From Raillietiella orientalis (Eukaryota), in assembly GCA_036172245.1 (NCBI GenBank), contig JAYWIR010000002.1:4340001-4404000 (forward strand): 64,000 bases of DNA, given 5' to 3'. The notes under the pieces were generated by a model that was given only the letters and a program-made list of their open reading frames with translations, was not told the origin of the DNA and made no database searches. Shown in pieces: positions 37,301 through 49,686 of the stretch. Made by a program: the position numbers and the translations under genes. How positions within the stretch are numbered: position 1 is the stretch's first letter; each line of letters starts with the position of its first letter.

Positions 37301-40300
37301 TATCGAAACAACTGATTTCCTTGTCGGTGTGGGAAATTCGCGAAAACGATTCTGATTTCTTCCCACAGTTCGTGCCTTTCGGTTCCAATCTAAAAAGGAT
37401 GAAGTCCAGACGAGCAGCGGGCTTATAGAAGGAAAAAAGAAAAATAGCAAATCTAATTGTACGGGGGTCCTCATCTTAGTTTCAGATTATTAGCTAAAAG
37501 GGATTGACAAGATTGCGAAGAACGGGTGGCGTATGCTCTGAAAAAAGACATACGCTGTGAAATCCAAGATATTTCGTGAAAGACAGTCAACAGGGAACGA
37601 TGAAACAGTATCTGGCTGGATTCTTATCTCTGGTGGAGAAAACGGAAAAAAAGTGAAACCTTGCACGTTTTCACTGACTCTTTCTTTCTTAGAAAAAAAA
37701 AGATAATTCGTTACTTGGAAAACTAGCGCTTCTCATAAGTATCTACGTATGTATGTATACAGACGCGGATACGTAGGTGTGATAACGCAGGTCTTTTAAT
37801 GGAAAGATGAAAAATATCTTACGTGGTTGAACGCGTACAAAAAGTTCCGACTGCGATGACGAGTAATTTACTTGTACAAACTTGAGCACGAATTAAGGTT
37901 GTGCACACGTGGTGTAACCCCATTGAGTAAGCTATGGTACAAGCTAGCGTGCAGCCGGCGAGAGGAAAGGACAGTGGACATTGTCCACTGGCCGCTCTGA
38001 GCCGGGCGAGATTCAAAATGGATGACCCGACTGACCAACGACCTGGCGGGTATCCTGAACTTAATTTTCCAGCTTTTGTACACACTGCGGATGTTTACGG
38101 CTACGGTCGAGATCACTAACGGTGTTCCTACAATCGGCATTTTGCTACACCCGCAATGAAGGAAACACTATTTTTTTTCAAGTGATTCAACTGACACCGG
38201 ATGCTATTATTATCACATTCAAGTAAGAAAACACCAAAACAAAAAACAAAAAAAAAAATACAATGAAAATCTCAGTAAAATAATTTATGCCATTACAATT
38301 TCTTAATAGGAAATCTTTAGAAGTAAATTCAATTTTACTCTCACCTGGATGGGATTTCATAAGATCTGAATAAAACTGAGACTTCTTTTTTATCTCATTA
38401 GAACGCTGAAGTTTCTGTAGATTCCAAGAATAAAATTTCTTGCTCAGATAGATGTATAAGTTTAGTAGAATTATGAGACATAACACAGAAATCCCCAGCA
38501 ATGTTTTCGCATACGAAATAACTGAAACAAATCAAAGAATTTCTTTGAAATCATTTGCAAAAACCTACACGACGCAACATGAGGATTTTTTTTTTTTTTT
38601 TGCTTTTCCGCTTCCAGAATCTGCGTGGAAGCTCCAAATCGAAATTGTCACAATTCTTTTTTTTTTTCTTTTCTTTGATATAAGAAGGGCGTGATTTCTT
38701 TATGGAGGAATTGATCCGTTTTATGATCCGAGGCTGCACAAGGAATCGGCACAGAGTGTTCCTCGTCGGGGAGCAACGGGGAACAACGAAATACACATAT
38801 TCTCATTAGAACGAATTTTCTCGAATATATAATGTATGTATGTATATTGCTCTCTTCATGCCTTTGATAGAGTCATTTCTGGTAAAGACGCAAAACAGCG
38901 GATACTCTTTCGCTCAAGGAACACGGCGCGGCACGAAGAGCAGGAAAAATTCCATCCAGAAGTGCCTCCCGGAGAGAAATTTCTGGCTCAGAAGAATCGT
39001 AAAACTCCGCGCAGGTTTTCAATCCTCGCTTGAGGTCAGAAGGGAAAAAGTGGCTAGACGATGCGAGCCGGGGAGAGAGACGGCGACCGGATTCCGAAAG
39101 CGTGGGGATGGGGATGAGGGAATGGGGATGGCAAAAAAAATCGGTCAGGAACAGAGACCATCACCGTGCAGCACACCTTGTGCCCACAGGTCAGACCTCT
39201 CCACAGCAGCATGCCACCACCGCCTGTCTTCCCTCGCCGGAGACTCGAATTTCAACCCGGTCCTGAGCCAGAGGAACGCATCTTTTCATACCGTTGGAAA
39301 TTCGGTTGGAGTTCGAGTGAAAAAGCCGAACCCGTTGAATCCTCGAGCGCCAGAAGAGAGGACCGCAGAGTGCTGGATGTACGAAACACACGTGGAGTGA
39401 AAGGAGTAGCAGACACGAATTCCAGCTGCGGGGACAGTTTCCAGCCTCCCGTTCTAAGACGTATTTGTTTCGAGGGGGGGGGGAGCCGACATCCGCCCAC
39501 AGAAGAAGTACATTGGCTCTCACTGCTTTTGGAACGCTCGAAAAGGAGCAAATCAAAATCCGGAAAGATTAAAAAAAGAAAAAAGGAAAGGAAAAAGAGA
39601 TGATCTTGCTGCTTTTATCGAGACAAAACCATCATCTTTCGCAAATCACCGCCAGTTTTCTGATATTTCCTTCATCTGCTTTATCCCGAAAATAACTGAA
39701 GTCAGAAACGCTCCCATCCTCCACACATAAATTACGCAAATATAAAAATCCCCAAATGAATGTTTCACCTTTGAGTTCATCCTGAGGTCGATTTCAAATT
39801 ATGGCATTTGCATTTCAAATGCCATGTCTGTGGACGTAACGAAACAACGGCACTGTGAGCACCAATTCGTTGGTGATTATGGGCAGCAGGGCTCTCTGCC
39901 AAAAATCATATTTGAATTGCAGATGCTGTGATTCGAAATCGACACCGGGATGAAACTCACGGGAGGAAAAATCGTCTTGGTCATGCCTCCCACAGCAGTG
40001 CAGCAACAGTCAGCCAGGAGCGCTGGAGCCCAGAAAGGTGAGGAGGGCTTTTGGCTTGAGGACCCTCTGCACCTCTTCCTTGACCTCTCCTCTGCTCCTT
40101 CGAGCCACTTTGGCATTGGGGACCCCCCGGCCGTGGGTTGCCACCATGGATGCGCCCGAATTTGTGGTACCGCATCTCTTCGCGAGCCCCGCATGCGAAG
40201 GAATTTCCATGAATGAGTGTTCCCCCCAGCTGTTCGCCCCGTTCGAGGAAGGAAACGTGGTCACTGTGGCACCTTTATCACGAGTAGGTGGTTCACGATT

Positions 40301-43300
40301 CGGAACGCTTTCCCGAGGAATCGGCAGCATTGCATTCGTAGATTACGACGCAGCGCCAATCTCTGAGAGAGTCTAACGGATTCAAGGGAGACCCGAATGG
40401 TATCTGTATATTGCTTCGTCTCGTGAGTAAGCAAAAAATCCAATCTAGAACGAACCCTGTACACCTCATGTTACCGAGCGCCGACACGTGGCCTGAGCGG
40501 CATCGTTTGTTCTTATGTTCTTATGCGCTTGTAAAGATTTGGTTCTCCGAGGTCCTTTGCAGCAGCTCACTCGAATCACATCCTCTTTTATTCTTTCAAC
40601 CCGTAGTGCAGGACAGCATTTGGAGCGTAGGCGAAATTGCATGCCTCCGTAGAGACGATGGGATGGAGCAGAAGTAGAAATCTCCAAAGCGAGCTTTCTC
40701 AACAGTGCATATTAGAAGACCAGGAGCAGGAGCAGTGTGTGTGTGTGTGTGTGTGTTTTCAATTCCTTCACTTCCGATCAATAGCCGAGTGAACTTGGTA
40801 GGGCATTCGGGACTTTGGATTGCCGCTCGATTTCCCTTGTTCCCTTGATTTGTTTGCTGTTGAGCATTCAGATTTCCCGTGGAGGTCCCTGGGAATCACT
40901 TCGAGAAAACCGTTAGCACAAGCAAAAGCGAAGGCGGCGGCCGTGAAGATGGGAAAGCAGTCGTTCTGTTCGGGGTCTCTAAGATCCCAAGTTGATCAGG
41001 CAAAACTCCCTTTTCTAACGCAGGCATCCCATACGACTGCTGTGGCCACTTCACACCTATTGGGATACTTGCTGTAAGCCCGTCTATGATGGACACACAA
41101 CAACATGTTTGCTTTACCAGCATCCATGGTGTTCAATTGCGATAAAGTGACACCTATGCAGAAGAAAAAAAAAAAACGAAGAACCCGTTCAATAAAAGTT
41201 CAAGCAAATTTTGTAAAACATTCTACTTCTAGATATTTGATCACGCTACTCGTTTGCTCGCACTGTCAAAAAACGACCCATGTCGAAATCGCGTTATTAG
41301 CGCAGGAGCTCTTCCTTTGACCTTTCTTTGCATCCACCGTTTTCTTGGTTCACTTTTTCGTTAGGTCATTTGGGAAAAGTGAATTACTGGAGTCTGCATT
41401 CATGATTCTCTTATTTGCCTCATAAGCATCCCTCGGTAAGCACATTTCAGAATAATCTGGCTGTGCGATTGCGATGAGCATCCAAGAAACACACTGAAAC
41501 AGTGCTTCCTGGGAAGGAAACCCGACCTCGAATCCAAAAGGAAGAAATTGGGAAGCCATCAGCAATAAGAGACACCAGAAGAACCGCTGCACTTCTTCCT
41601 TCATGCATTCGTTATCCCAGACTCTCCTTTGGTGAAAACGACGCAGCATCCCAAGATAAATTGAAGATAAACTGTACCGGATTAGAGAGCAAAATGAAGC
41701 CATCTGCAAATACGAACAGCAAGGAATGTGCAGAAGATCGCATTTACGGAACAGATTTTACAGGGCCCCAGGCAAACACTACCATGGAATAAAGCAGCAA
41801 ATCACTTTAAACGCTCAAGAACTTCCGTGTCCTTCGACCAGCTGCTGACAGCAAAGCAATTTGCTTCCTCCTAGAAGAATTCATGAGAAGAAATACTGGT
41901 GGTTGGCTCTTATTGAAACGAAGGAGGACTTTAGAATAAGGGAATAAAACAAACACGCAGTAGAGAGAGAGAGGGAGGGAGAGAGAGATTTTAGCGGTGA
42001 AGGATCCTTTTCTGCATTGCCGGACTGTTTGTTTGGAGCGGAAAACTTGAGGGAAGCACTTGAGAAAGACAATTGGCTCATACATTAAACCGATTCCCGG
42101 GGAAGATCTTTTCTCTTCGCTTTTGAGTTTCCGGGGGAGAGCAGCCGAAAACAAATAAAAATCTTCCACCCAAAGTGCTAAAATGCTTCACTTGAAGTAA
42201 AAGCCAAACACTTTAGAAGTCCAGATAATCACGGATTTCCAATGGTCTTATCGCATTTTTTTTTTTTCTTTTTTTTTTTAAAAAAAGCGTGATCACGAAG
42301 CAGAGAGGCATTCCATAGTCAGAGGGAAGCGACCGAGCCAAAGTGGTCGGAAAGCTTCCTCGTGCGCTTATGAAAACAAACGGCCAGGAAATGAATTTTC
42401 GAATGCTTTATGATTCGCGCCAAAATTGAACACTGAACAGCACCTATGGATGGAAAGACTGGAAAAATAAGGAACGATCATCAGTGCTCGTCATCAAACT
42501 GAGACAAACTGATTTGCAGTCAAATTATTCGTAAATCAACAGATATCTGGGTTCCTCCACCCCCACCCCACCCGATCCTTCCCTTCCCTCGTCCTCCCCA
42601 CCTTTTCGCTAAAATTCCAGTCACTGCTATTGTGCGTTTACGAGATCCCTGAAAGATCATTTCTGTCTCTTTAGAGCAAGAGCCTTGTGATGGGTAATGT
42701 GTGATATGTGTTCGCACGTGTTCGAGAATACGCAGGCTTTATAGGAAATCAAAAGGCTTTTTCCGAAAGGAAGGCACTCGGGGCATTGATAAGATTAAAA
42801 TGAATATAAAATAACGGTGACACGTGGTATGCCTGCAATCATGTGTTTAACAGGCATATATACACATCCATACAAAAAAAAACGAAAGGAAAAAAATACT
42901 CCCCAGGAATACGTGACGTTGCATACATGCATACATGAATATGCATTTCATGAACACACGTTGGCAAAGACTCACGAGCAGACGTTTTCGCCACCTCGAA
43001 CGCTGAGGCTCCTCACAAGAAGACTTCATTAAAGCAGCATTTAAACGCGTGTGCGACAAAACGAATCCCCTTGTTTGTTTGTTTTGATTTTTTTCTTTTT
43101 TCTTCCCCCCTCCCCAACCCCCTTCCTCCCCTGTCCCGAATGATCTCAGATAATCTCGCACTACAACTGAGGAAAACTACTGCCTTTATTTCTCATTCGA
43201 AACATTTAAGCCGTCCGTCTGGAAAGACAGGCTGTGTTTATGGGACTCTCGTAATTATACGGAATCATATTTTCAAAGTGGACACCTCTTCCCTACCCTC

Positions 43301-45010
43301 AGCCTCGTTTTTGGACTCACGCGGCCCATTTTCAAATGACTTGTGAAGGGAAAAAAAAATTGCAAATGGTCTGCCTGTTTGCCTATTGAATAGCAGGAAA
43401 GGGACGAATACTTTTTCCAAGATTCCACGAAGATTAAATTGGATTATGATACGTTAATATGAGATTTAATGGCTCAATTGCATCCTAGAAGAAAAAAAAA
43501 AAAGAGGCATTCGTTACTCTTTTCGATCCGAGTAAGCACGCGCGATGATGATGATGATGATAATAAAAAGAGCGCATTAAGGTCAGCAGTAAAACAGAAA
43601 TACGTAAAACAGGACAAAGCAGTGAATTGCAGCACCGTCGAATTTCAATAAATACTTAATGGAAATTCCGGGTGCTTTGCTATCCCAATCGATGAGAACT
43701 TATCCTGAAAAAAGGGATTTCTGGTTGAAAAGAGGAACGCGACGCTTCCATCCAAGGAATAATAAATGCTCGGTGAAACGTGGAGACAGCAGCAGCAGCG
43801 TATCCGCAGTTGCACTCTTTCTGAGCAAGTACCAGAAGCATGTGGACAGCTGACATGAGGCAGTGATGGTTGCCTGTCTATCCTGAGCGAGTGGCACCGC
43901 GATGGCAACCGTACAATCTGAAGTACATGTACGATGCCTTGCGGTTCGGATCGAGGAAGGCTTCGAGTCGTGAACATTTCGCAGCATCCCGATCATTCTG
44001 CGGATCCTGCCGCTGGACAAGAGGGCCCTAGGAGGGTTTCGCCGTGGGGAGGACGAAGGTAGACCCGCGGCCAACGGGCATGTTGAACCAAGGAAATTCG
44101 AGCGTGTGCTCGCACCTTCGTTCTCAGGCACGGTCCCAGCACGGTGACCGAGATGCTCAGTCGGGATGAGAAAAAGTCCCTACCTAAAAGGTCATTTTCA
44201 GAAAAACAGGTCTCAGCAGGAAGACATGGCAGAGGTACGGTTTGCGAAAAACAAAACCGCTGGTCTCTGTGAGAACTAAGCAGAAGACCGTTTCAAGTAT
44301 TTGGGTGGGAAGAGCAGTGGCGCAATGCTCCCAATTCCATTTTGCATCCATGTATTTGTTTTTGTTTTCCGACAAATGTCAAGAATTCATTTGATGGTTT
44401 TTCGCATGGAGATCGACTTCCTTTTTGAAAATGAAACTAAGCAAACGCAAGATGAAGTAGAACGACATGCTGACCTAATTTTACGTAATCTGTTTATTCT
44501 TCAAATATGGCGTGTCAAACTCGAGGCTTGGATACTGTAGTCAAGGAACGTGGAATCATCACGAAATTTTCAGTACCAAAGGATCGCTCCCTAAAGATCA
44601 CAAGGAAATAATAGACAGTAAAGATAATGAGACATGTTTTTCAGATTCCATAGGAGGAGACTTGGGGAAGGGAATTGGGATGCAAGGAATCACCACGGAG
44701 CCACATCATTACAGAGCCACGTCGATTGCTCGCTAAAGGCAAACAAAGCAAAAGGCAGCTCAAACAGATAAAGCAGGGCATGTTGTTACTTCATTTGAAA
44801 ATTCCTCCGATAAGGACTTGTTCGTTCTGATGGGAAGATTTAAATGAAAACGAAAATTCCAACAGAATAAGAACGTAGCAGTGGAAATGGATGAGGAACG
44901 AAAGGCCGATTTAATTACAGGTTTCCAGGAATCTCCCATCAGAGGAACCGAAAGAAAGCCCTGATGAACTCAAAGCATTTCTTGCGTGATTGGTTTTGAA
45001 ACAAGAATAT

Positions 45011-45066
<56 letters not shown>

Positions 45067-48000
45067 ACAGCCTTATTCTCGTCAAGAAAATAAAAACGGA
45101 AATGGAGAAATGCACTTTATAAAAGTGGGGAGTTCGATTCGACTGATTACGGGGCAAAATCACGCATCTCGCTAGAAATCAATTAGGTACATAAAAACAA
45201 CAGGGAATTCCTCCTTCAGCAGGTCATCACCGCACAATCTTGAGCATCGTATTCTTCTGTCGCATTTTCCGAGTGCTGCTTCCAACTTTTTATTAGTAGG
45301 AGGCGAAAAGATCTCTGCCTTGAATCCGCGAGAAACAAAAAGGAAAAATCGCGGTTGAGCTTGGAAAGAGGAGGAAAATGCAAATACGTCCACAGTCCAA
45401 GAAACTGTGGCTCCAGGACTGCTTCCATGGACACGCTTCCAGTTCCCTTGCTGGTCGAATCAACACTGAAAGATAATCCAGTGCATGAAATCGACCCAGA
45501 AAAAAAAGCAAAACCGGATAAGATGATACAGTGCAATGTAATCACAGCGATATGAGCCGACTGACCCTTGTCTTCTTTTGTACATTGATCTTTCTTTCCG
45601 GAAAAATGACTATGGATGCATCAGGTACAGAAGGCACCCGAACATTACTTGACGTGGTGGGTCCAGAGGAGCGATCGTTTTGTCCGGGCAAAACGATCGT
45701 CGCTGACTGATTTTTTGTATCCTAGTTATTCGACGAGCAAAGGGCATGTTTTTTAATCGGGATGCTGTCTTTCCATTCTACTTCCACCTTTCACCTGCCC
45801 AGAATACCTGCATGTTAGAAGACGCAGGTGTTAGAAGGCAAAGAAACTCCATTTTTTTTTTCTTCTTCTTTTTTTGACTCTTTTCCCTTCCAAGACTCGC
45901 AGTTCTCCGTTTCCATTCAGTTTTGATGAATCGCTTTAGACTGAACGAACGGAAAAAAAAGCTCCAAGAGCAGCTTTTCACACTTACAGGGCAGCTGCAA
46001 ATTATCTTTCAGTTGCGGTGTTTGATGGCATCATTGATACGCGAATAGGAATGATTTTAATGACCGTCCCATCACTAATGGACAAACTTTGGGAAACAGG
46101 AACGGAAAAAGAGAAGCAGGAGAATCAGCAAGATCAGCAAAAACTGCTTACTCAGCTGATGATAAGGAATTGCTAGCAAACGAGCCTAATGATCTTCCTT
46201 GATTAATATTCATCTGATGTTCCATAAATTATGAGAAAAGCACTTTTGCCTTCGATTTTCCATAAACTAGGTAGGTAATTCTTCATTCCTCTACCTAATC
46301 ATCTCGAATGATTGTGCTTAAACAGGATGTTATAACTTCATAAGCAAGTGCCTTCCATTCGATTCGCTTTATTTATTTTATTATAGCACACAAATAGGAA
46401 AGACGCGCGCGCGCGCGTGTGTGTACATTGCTGCTTGCATGTATACCCAAACCTATTGCAATCGAGGCACGCAGTCAGGGAATTATAGTATTCTAACGAT
46501 TGTATTTTTTCAGGCACCCTACCAAACCGTTATGCAATAAACTGAAGCTTAAATTAATTTAAGCTTTTTATTGCACGGCGGTTTATTTATTGCATTACAT
46601 AGAAATCGCGTTCCCAGGGAAAATTTGAACTGGGTCAACAGACCGACCAGCCTACGTTTCTTTTTTTTTTTTAATTAATTGATGTCTTGGTCGACGATAA
46701 GTACCACACAGCCACAGAGTTTACCACATTATTAGCCGATTGGAAGCTCTTTGGATGAAAGTCTATGAAAAATGAAGGCCACCGTCGTGAATCGGTCGGC
46801 TTCAGTAGGAGATCCGAACAGAAGATTCCATTCCTGGACCCTTTCGAATGGGCCGTTGAAACGGACAATGATACTGAAGTGTGAAAGAATTCTTTGGGTG
46901 GAAGGAACGGCTGCTGCTCCCGACAGATCCTGAGCAAATGAGAAATTTCTCGAAGACTCTTGAACTGGGAAAAGAATTCCGGATGAATAGGCGAATTCAC
47001 CGAGAATTCGTGTCAACTTCGCTCTGTGTTTAACAGGCGAGCTGGCAGAAATTATAAACAGTCATTTACCAAATGGAGAAATTTGCGAGTGCTGTTGATA
47101 AATTCAGCATATGTTCCCGAATAGAGACAAATTGAAGCACACATTCATGTCAACAGCTTTCTGATCTGTGATTTACACGGGGATATTTGCGTGAGAAAAC
47201 AGATCATTTGGGGGAAACAAACACAGAATCGTAAGGCGGCAGCAGAAATAGGTCTTACGAAGCTCTTCGAAATATTCACATGAACTAGGTGACGAGGAAT
47301 GGCATAAAAACTAGGTGTGTCACTTTCTATGCGAGTACGAATGCAAGAGAAATGGAAAAACACGTCTAATATGCTGCTCAAAAAGTTTGGAAGCTGAGAA
47401 TCACACGGAACGGGAGCCGCTATCAACACTAGGTAGAGTTGTGATTCATGTGGTTCTGGCAACACTGAAGCACGATTGGAGCAATGAAATCGGTCCAAGT
47501 GTGCATGCAATCCAAGACAAAATTCTCTCGAACAAATTCCTGGGCAAACACTCAGTGGCTTCAGACGTTACACTGCAACACCTGTGGAAATGATTCGATA
47601 AGGACAGTCCTTGCCGATGACTATCTATTCCAAAGTTTGCATCAGTCCCAAGACAGATATGCTGTTGAGTTTTTATCCGTGTTTGGAACCCTTGACATCT
47701 ATGTTCCGTCTCTGAGATAACTGCAGGTATTTCGGTTCACGACCCTCAGACTTCACGTAAACACTTTTCTGAGTTGCGTCGAGACCAGGTCTGGCTTCAA
47801 AAGCTCAAATCCTCACTCTGTTCCAGCTGGAGTGTCTATTGCTCAAGTACCTGAAACTAGCAGCCACCACCCAAAGATCTCATCTCTGCGTACGTTTTGT
47901 GTTTTTTTACGCTGTGTTATCATATCAGCAGCCAGTTGATTGAATCTTGAAATAATGCTCTGAAGAGATAAACGTGGAATCGTACGTCAGGTTTGTCCGA

Positions 48001-49686
48001 AGTTGAAAATGATCCAATAGTGCTTTTTTTTTTCTTTTTTCCTTTTTTTTTTCCAGAAAGGTATTTAAGGATTCAAAGAGCCCCCTCACTTGCTGGTAAG
48101 CTCATATTGAAGAGAAAAGATGAGATGGGGAAAAGGTTTGAAGAAGAACGATTTTGAATGAGGAAATTGACAAGATCAAGGGGTCCTAGTGATGCTGAAA
48201 CATCAAAAAAAAAAAAAAACACGATAAGTGAGAAGTTTTCATCAGCAGCTTTTGCTTCCAGAAATGAAAAAAGGTCGTAGGCTCGAGTCCTCAAGAGCAG
48301 ATCTTACTCGAACTTTCAAACGTCTGCCCTTTGGATCTAAACTAATCATCCACCATTCAATCTTCTGGATTTTAAGAACGCGGACAATTTTCGAAAATGA
48401 CCATCAAGAAAAAAAAAAAAAAAAAAGGCATTTCCGTTTCATTACATGAGTTCATGGTTTCGACTTTCCAGCAACCTAACTCAAAGCAAGGAATCTTTGG
48501 GGTTCACTATTCCAGGACCTAGATGAGCATCTCGTGCAGTTCAAAATGTATCTTGTTAAGATATTCTCGCGGGGGAAACGAAAAAATAAAGCTTTATTGG
48601 GGGGGAGGGGGTATTTTTTTTTCGATCCTTCACGTGACAGAGCTCTTCTCAGACGGATGAAACAGAAGCACACGCGAAATCAGACAGCACTGGCAGGTGC
48701 CCCTACTATGAAATGGACGGCTACTCGTTCTCTGAAGAGCGGATTCCAGAACGGAAACAAGATTTAAGCTCCGGCTCAGAAACTCGTTGTCTGGGGAACG
48801 GCTCCTCGCAATGCTGCAATACGAATGCACTCTTGTAAAACATGACCGCCGATCAACAGTTCTCTCGAATTGCCGAAAAGCCTAAAGAACATCATGCATT
48901 GCTCCCAGTCATTAACGAATCTTTGCCTCTCACGTTTCCAACGTTTTCCCGCTGGTTTCCCATCAATCACAGATCTGCTCCTGCTGATGGTACTGAGCCT
49001 TCCTAAGTGTGTGTTTAAGGTGAAACTTTGAATTTTCGGCTGAGCCTTTTGTCTCTCTCGCGCGCGCTCTCCTCTTCTTTTTTTCTTTCTTCCCATGCAA
49101 CTAAATAATCAGCAATAACCGATGTTGGTGTTGCAGGGGAGGAGAGGGGGGAGGTGGGGAAGGGGGCTTTTTGTCGTGTTTACTGTCGGAATTCCCGAAA
49201 AGTCTAAGAACTAGAAGGAATCGTTCGCCGCGTAAACACTGCAAATCAGCATGATAATAACATAAAAAGGAAAAAAAAAAAAAACGAAAAATCACACAAG
49301 TTGCCATTGATTTTTTTTTTTTTTTTTTTGCGATTATGTCGCCTGCAAGTGCAATTATCATTTCCTCGAACGAAAGATCAGAGTTCTGAGTTCCGAGTTG
49401 ACAAACACAACTGTGACACTATTAAAACAGGGGTTTACCGATCGACACGAAGGATGCATCGGCATCTCAACAGCCACGAGCCAGATGTAGAAAAGAAAGG
49501 GGACAGAAGAAAAAAAAAAAAAAAACACGTAAATTCGGCATGTTCCACGTATTCACAGAAGTTTTCCTTCCGTACAGAGTGCTCCGTAATCAATAAAAAC
49601 TTTGCGAGTTCACGATGAGTGACATATGTTGAAGCTTAGCTTACAAACTTACCTTGTGCGATGCATCCCGGAAATTCAGTTACCAT
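2291..49686 (-). CDS. SYT14: Synaptotagmin-14/16-like protein, spliced model join(49653-49686,38345-38521,17450-17685,17225-17395,6799-6907,6512-6683,6294-6458,6105-6246,2291-2488), 467 aa
   Basis: Exons are bounded by GT..AG with consistent phases (1,1,0,0,1,2,2,0) and total 1404 nt. The translation follows SYT14 architecture: TM (LLGISVLCLIILLNLYIYLSKKF), C2A (CGFLKVTFCYEMLSSVMHLSILEAKDI..VQLILLP..NPHYNESFSF..KLYGC..LLGEAVV), C2B (PELLIGLAYSGNTGHLYVEIIKGNNFK..PDVYVKL..FKESFAFE|VCLFQLSDVTLII..GWCFLG..GEQVCCWHSL). C2 exons are secure; the first exon and possible missing exons in the long introns are less so. Confidence 0.88.
6105..6246 (-). CDS. SYT14: SYT14-like exon (C2B middle)
   Basis: Acceptor cttctag|G, donor GAA|gtaagt. 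Encodes SCTVSKTPDVYVKLSLESSPGYFIGQNKTSVKKSQESLEFKESFAFE. Confidence 0.93.
6294..6458 (-). CDS. SYT14: SYT14-like exon (C2A-C2B linker and start of C2B)
   Basis: Not in the ORF track. Reads NSSDASSLTRSESPGSYSSAVIFPQTRSPELLIGLAYSGNTGHLYVEIIKGNNFK. Donor AA|gtgagt; acceptor aatcag| (alternative ttccag| 9 nt further in). Confidence 0.9.
6512..6683 (-). CDS. SYT14: SYT14-like exon (end of C2A)
   Basis: Acceptor ttccttccag|, donor AG|gttagc. Encodes EKLNLMGVSLKLYGCEVFRKQKLLGEAVVEFASINFQVSAPRWIKLEPAGSFAFRSP. Confidence 0.9.
6799..6907 (-). CDS. SYT14: SYT14-like exon (C2A middle)
   Basis: Acceptor tgttccag|GTA, donor G|gtgagc. Encodes VQLILLPTGQEKYKTKNKPGRNPHYNESFSFHQVTS. Confidence 0.92.
7214..7959. 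mobile_element. AT-rich non-autonomous TIR (MITE/foldback-like) element
   Basis: ATCAAAATTCCGAAAGATC (7214-7232) is the reverse complement of GATCTTTCGGGATTTTGAT (7941-7959) at 18/19 positions, with further inner symmetry (TGTTTATTATATA / TATATAATAAACA). The interior is very AT-rich compared with the flanks. Confidence 0.6.
7255..7330. repeat. Compound microsatellite (TA)15(TG)23
   Basis: Directly visible. Confidence 0.95.
13274..13418. repeat. Degenerate (CA/TA)n alternating purine-pyrimidine tract
   Basis: Interrupted ACAC/ATAC/GCAC repeats, directly visible. Confidence 0.7.
17225..17395 (-). CDS. SYT14: SYT14-like exon (start of C2A)
   Basis: Acceptor ttcccag|GAA, donor AGG|gtgagt. Encodes ETEDNQQKLTSAFCPEELPVCGFLKVTFCYEMLSSVMHLSILEAKDISSKQNSISSR. 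Confidence 0.9.
17450..17685 (-). CDS. SYT14: SYT14-like exon (acidic/Ser-rich spacer)
   Basis: Acceptor ttctgtttcag|, donor TCT|gtgagt. In frame with the C2A exon; encodes FNEDEVDFESSFPEEKDF..LWFTVS. Confidence 0.75.
27285..28137 (+). mobile_element. tRNA-His-derived SINE-like / Pol III element with a tandem hairpin body
   Basis: A-box-like AGGCTTTGTGG (27296) and B-box GGTTCGAATAC (27340) at tRNA spacing; GTG at the anticodon position (27322-27324). GC-rich body of repeated GGAG..CTCC hairpins. Identical 20-mer CATATGTACACACATAGCGT at 27249-27268 and 28138-28157. Confidence 0.7.
33668..33993 (+). pseudogene. Frameshifted Polycomb-group Scm/Polyhomeotic-like fragment (FCS-type zinc finger + partial SAM domain)
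   Basis: CSKCGK..AKRRWCSDSSECSK (FCS-like), then an S/T/P linker, then after a frame change near 33875: TTEEIVPCIHCRNGALNGRAALFRRHEIDGQALLLLSS, matching the Scm-type SAM signature FRKHEIDGKALLLL. Confidence 0.72.
38345..38521 (-). CDS. SYT14: SYT14-like exon encoding the transmembrane helix
   Basis: Acceptor ttgtttcag|, donor CCAG|gtgaga, phase 1 at both ends. Encodes ISYAKTLLGISVLCLIILLNLYIYLSKKFYSWNLQK.., resembling the SYT14 TM followed by the YxxKKF segment. Confidence 0.8.
45011..45064. repeat. Interrupted (TA)n microsatellite
   Basis: Directly visible. Confidence 0.9.
49653..49686 (-). CDS. SYT14: Candidate first coding exon of the SYT14-like gene (MVTEFPGCIAQ)
   Basis: ATG at 49686, strong donor CAAG|gtaagt, phase 1 matching the TM exon. 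CIAQ|V resembles the vertebrate SYT14 CIRK-V segment as recalled. Short, so tentative. Confidence 0.5.

Noticed and set aside
41350-41709. piggyBac-like EEVQRFFWCLLLLM segment
   Set aside because: A single weak motif, with no catalytic region and no TTAA-flanked TIRs identified.
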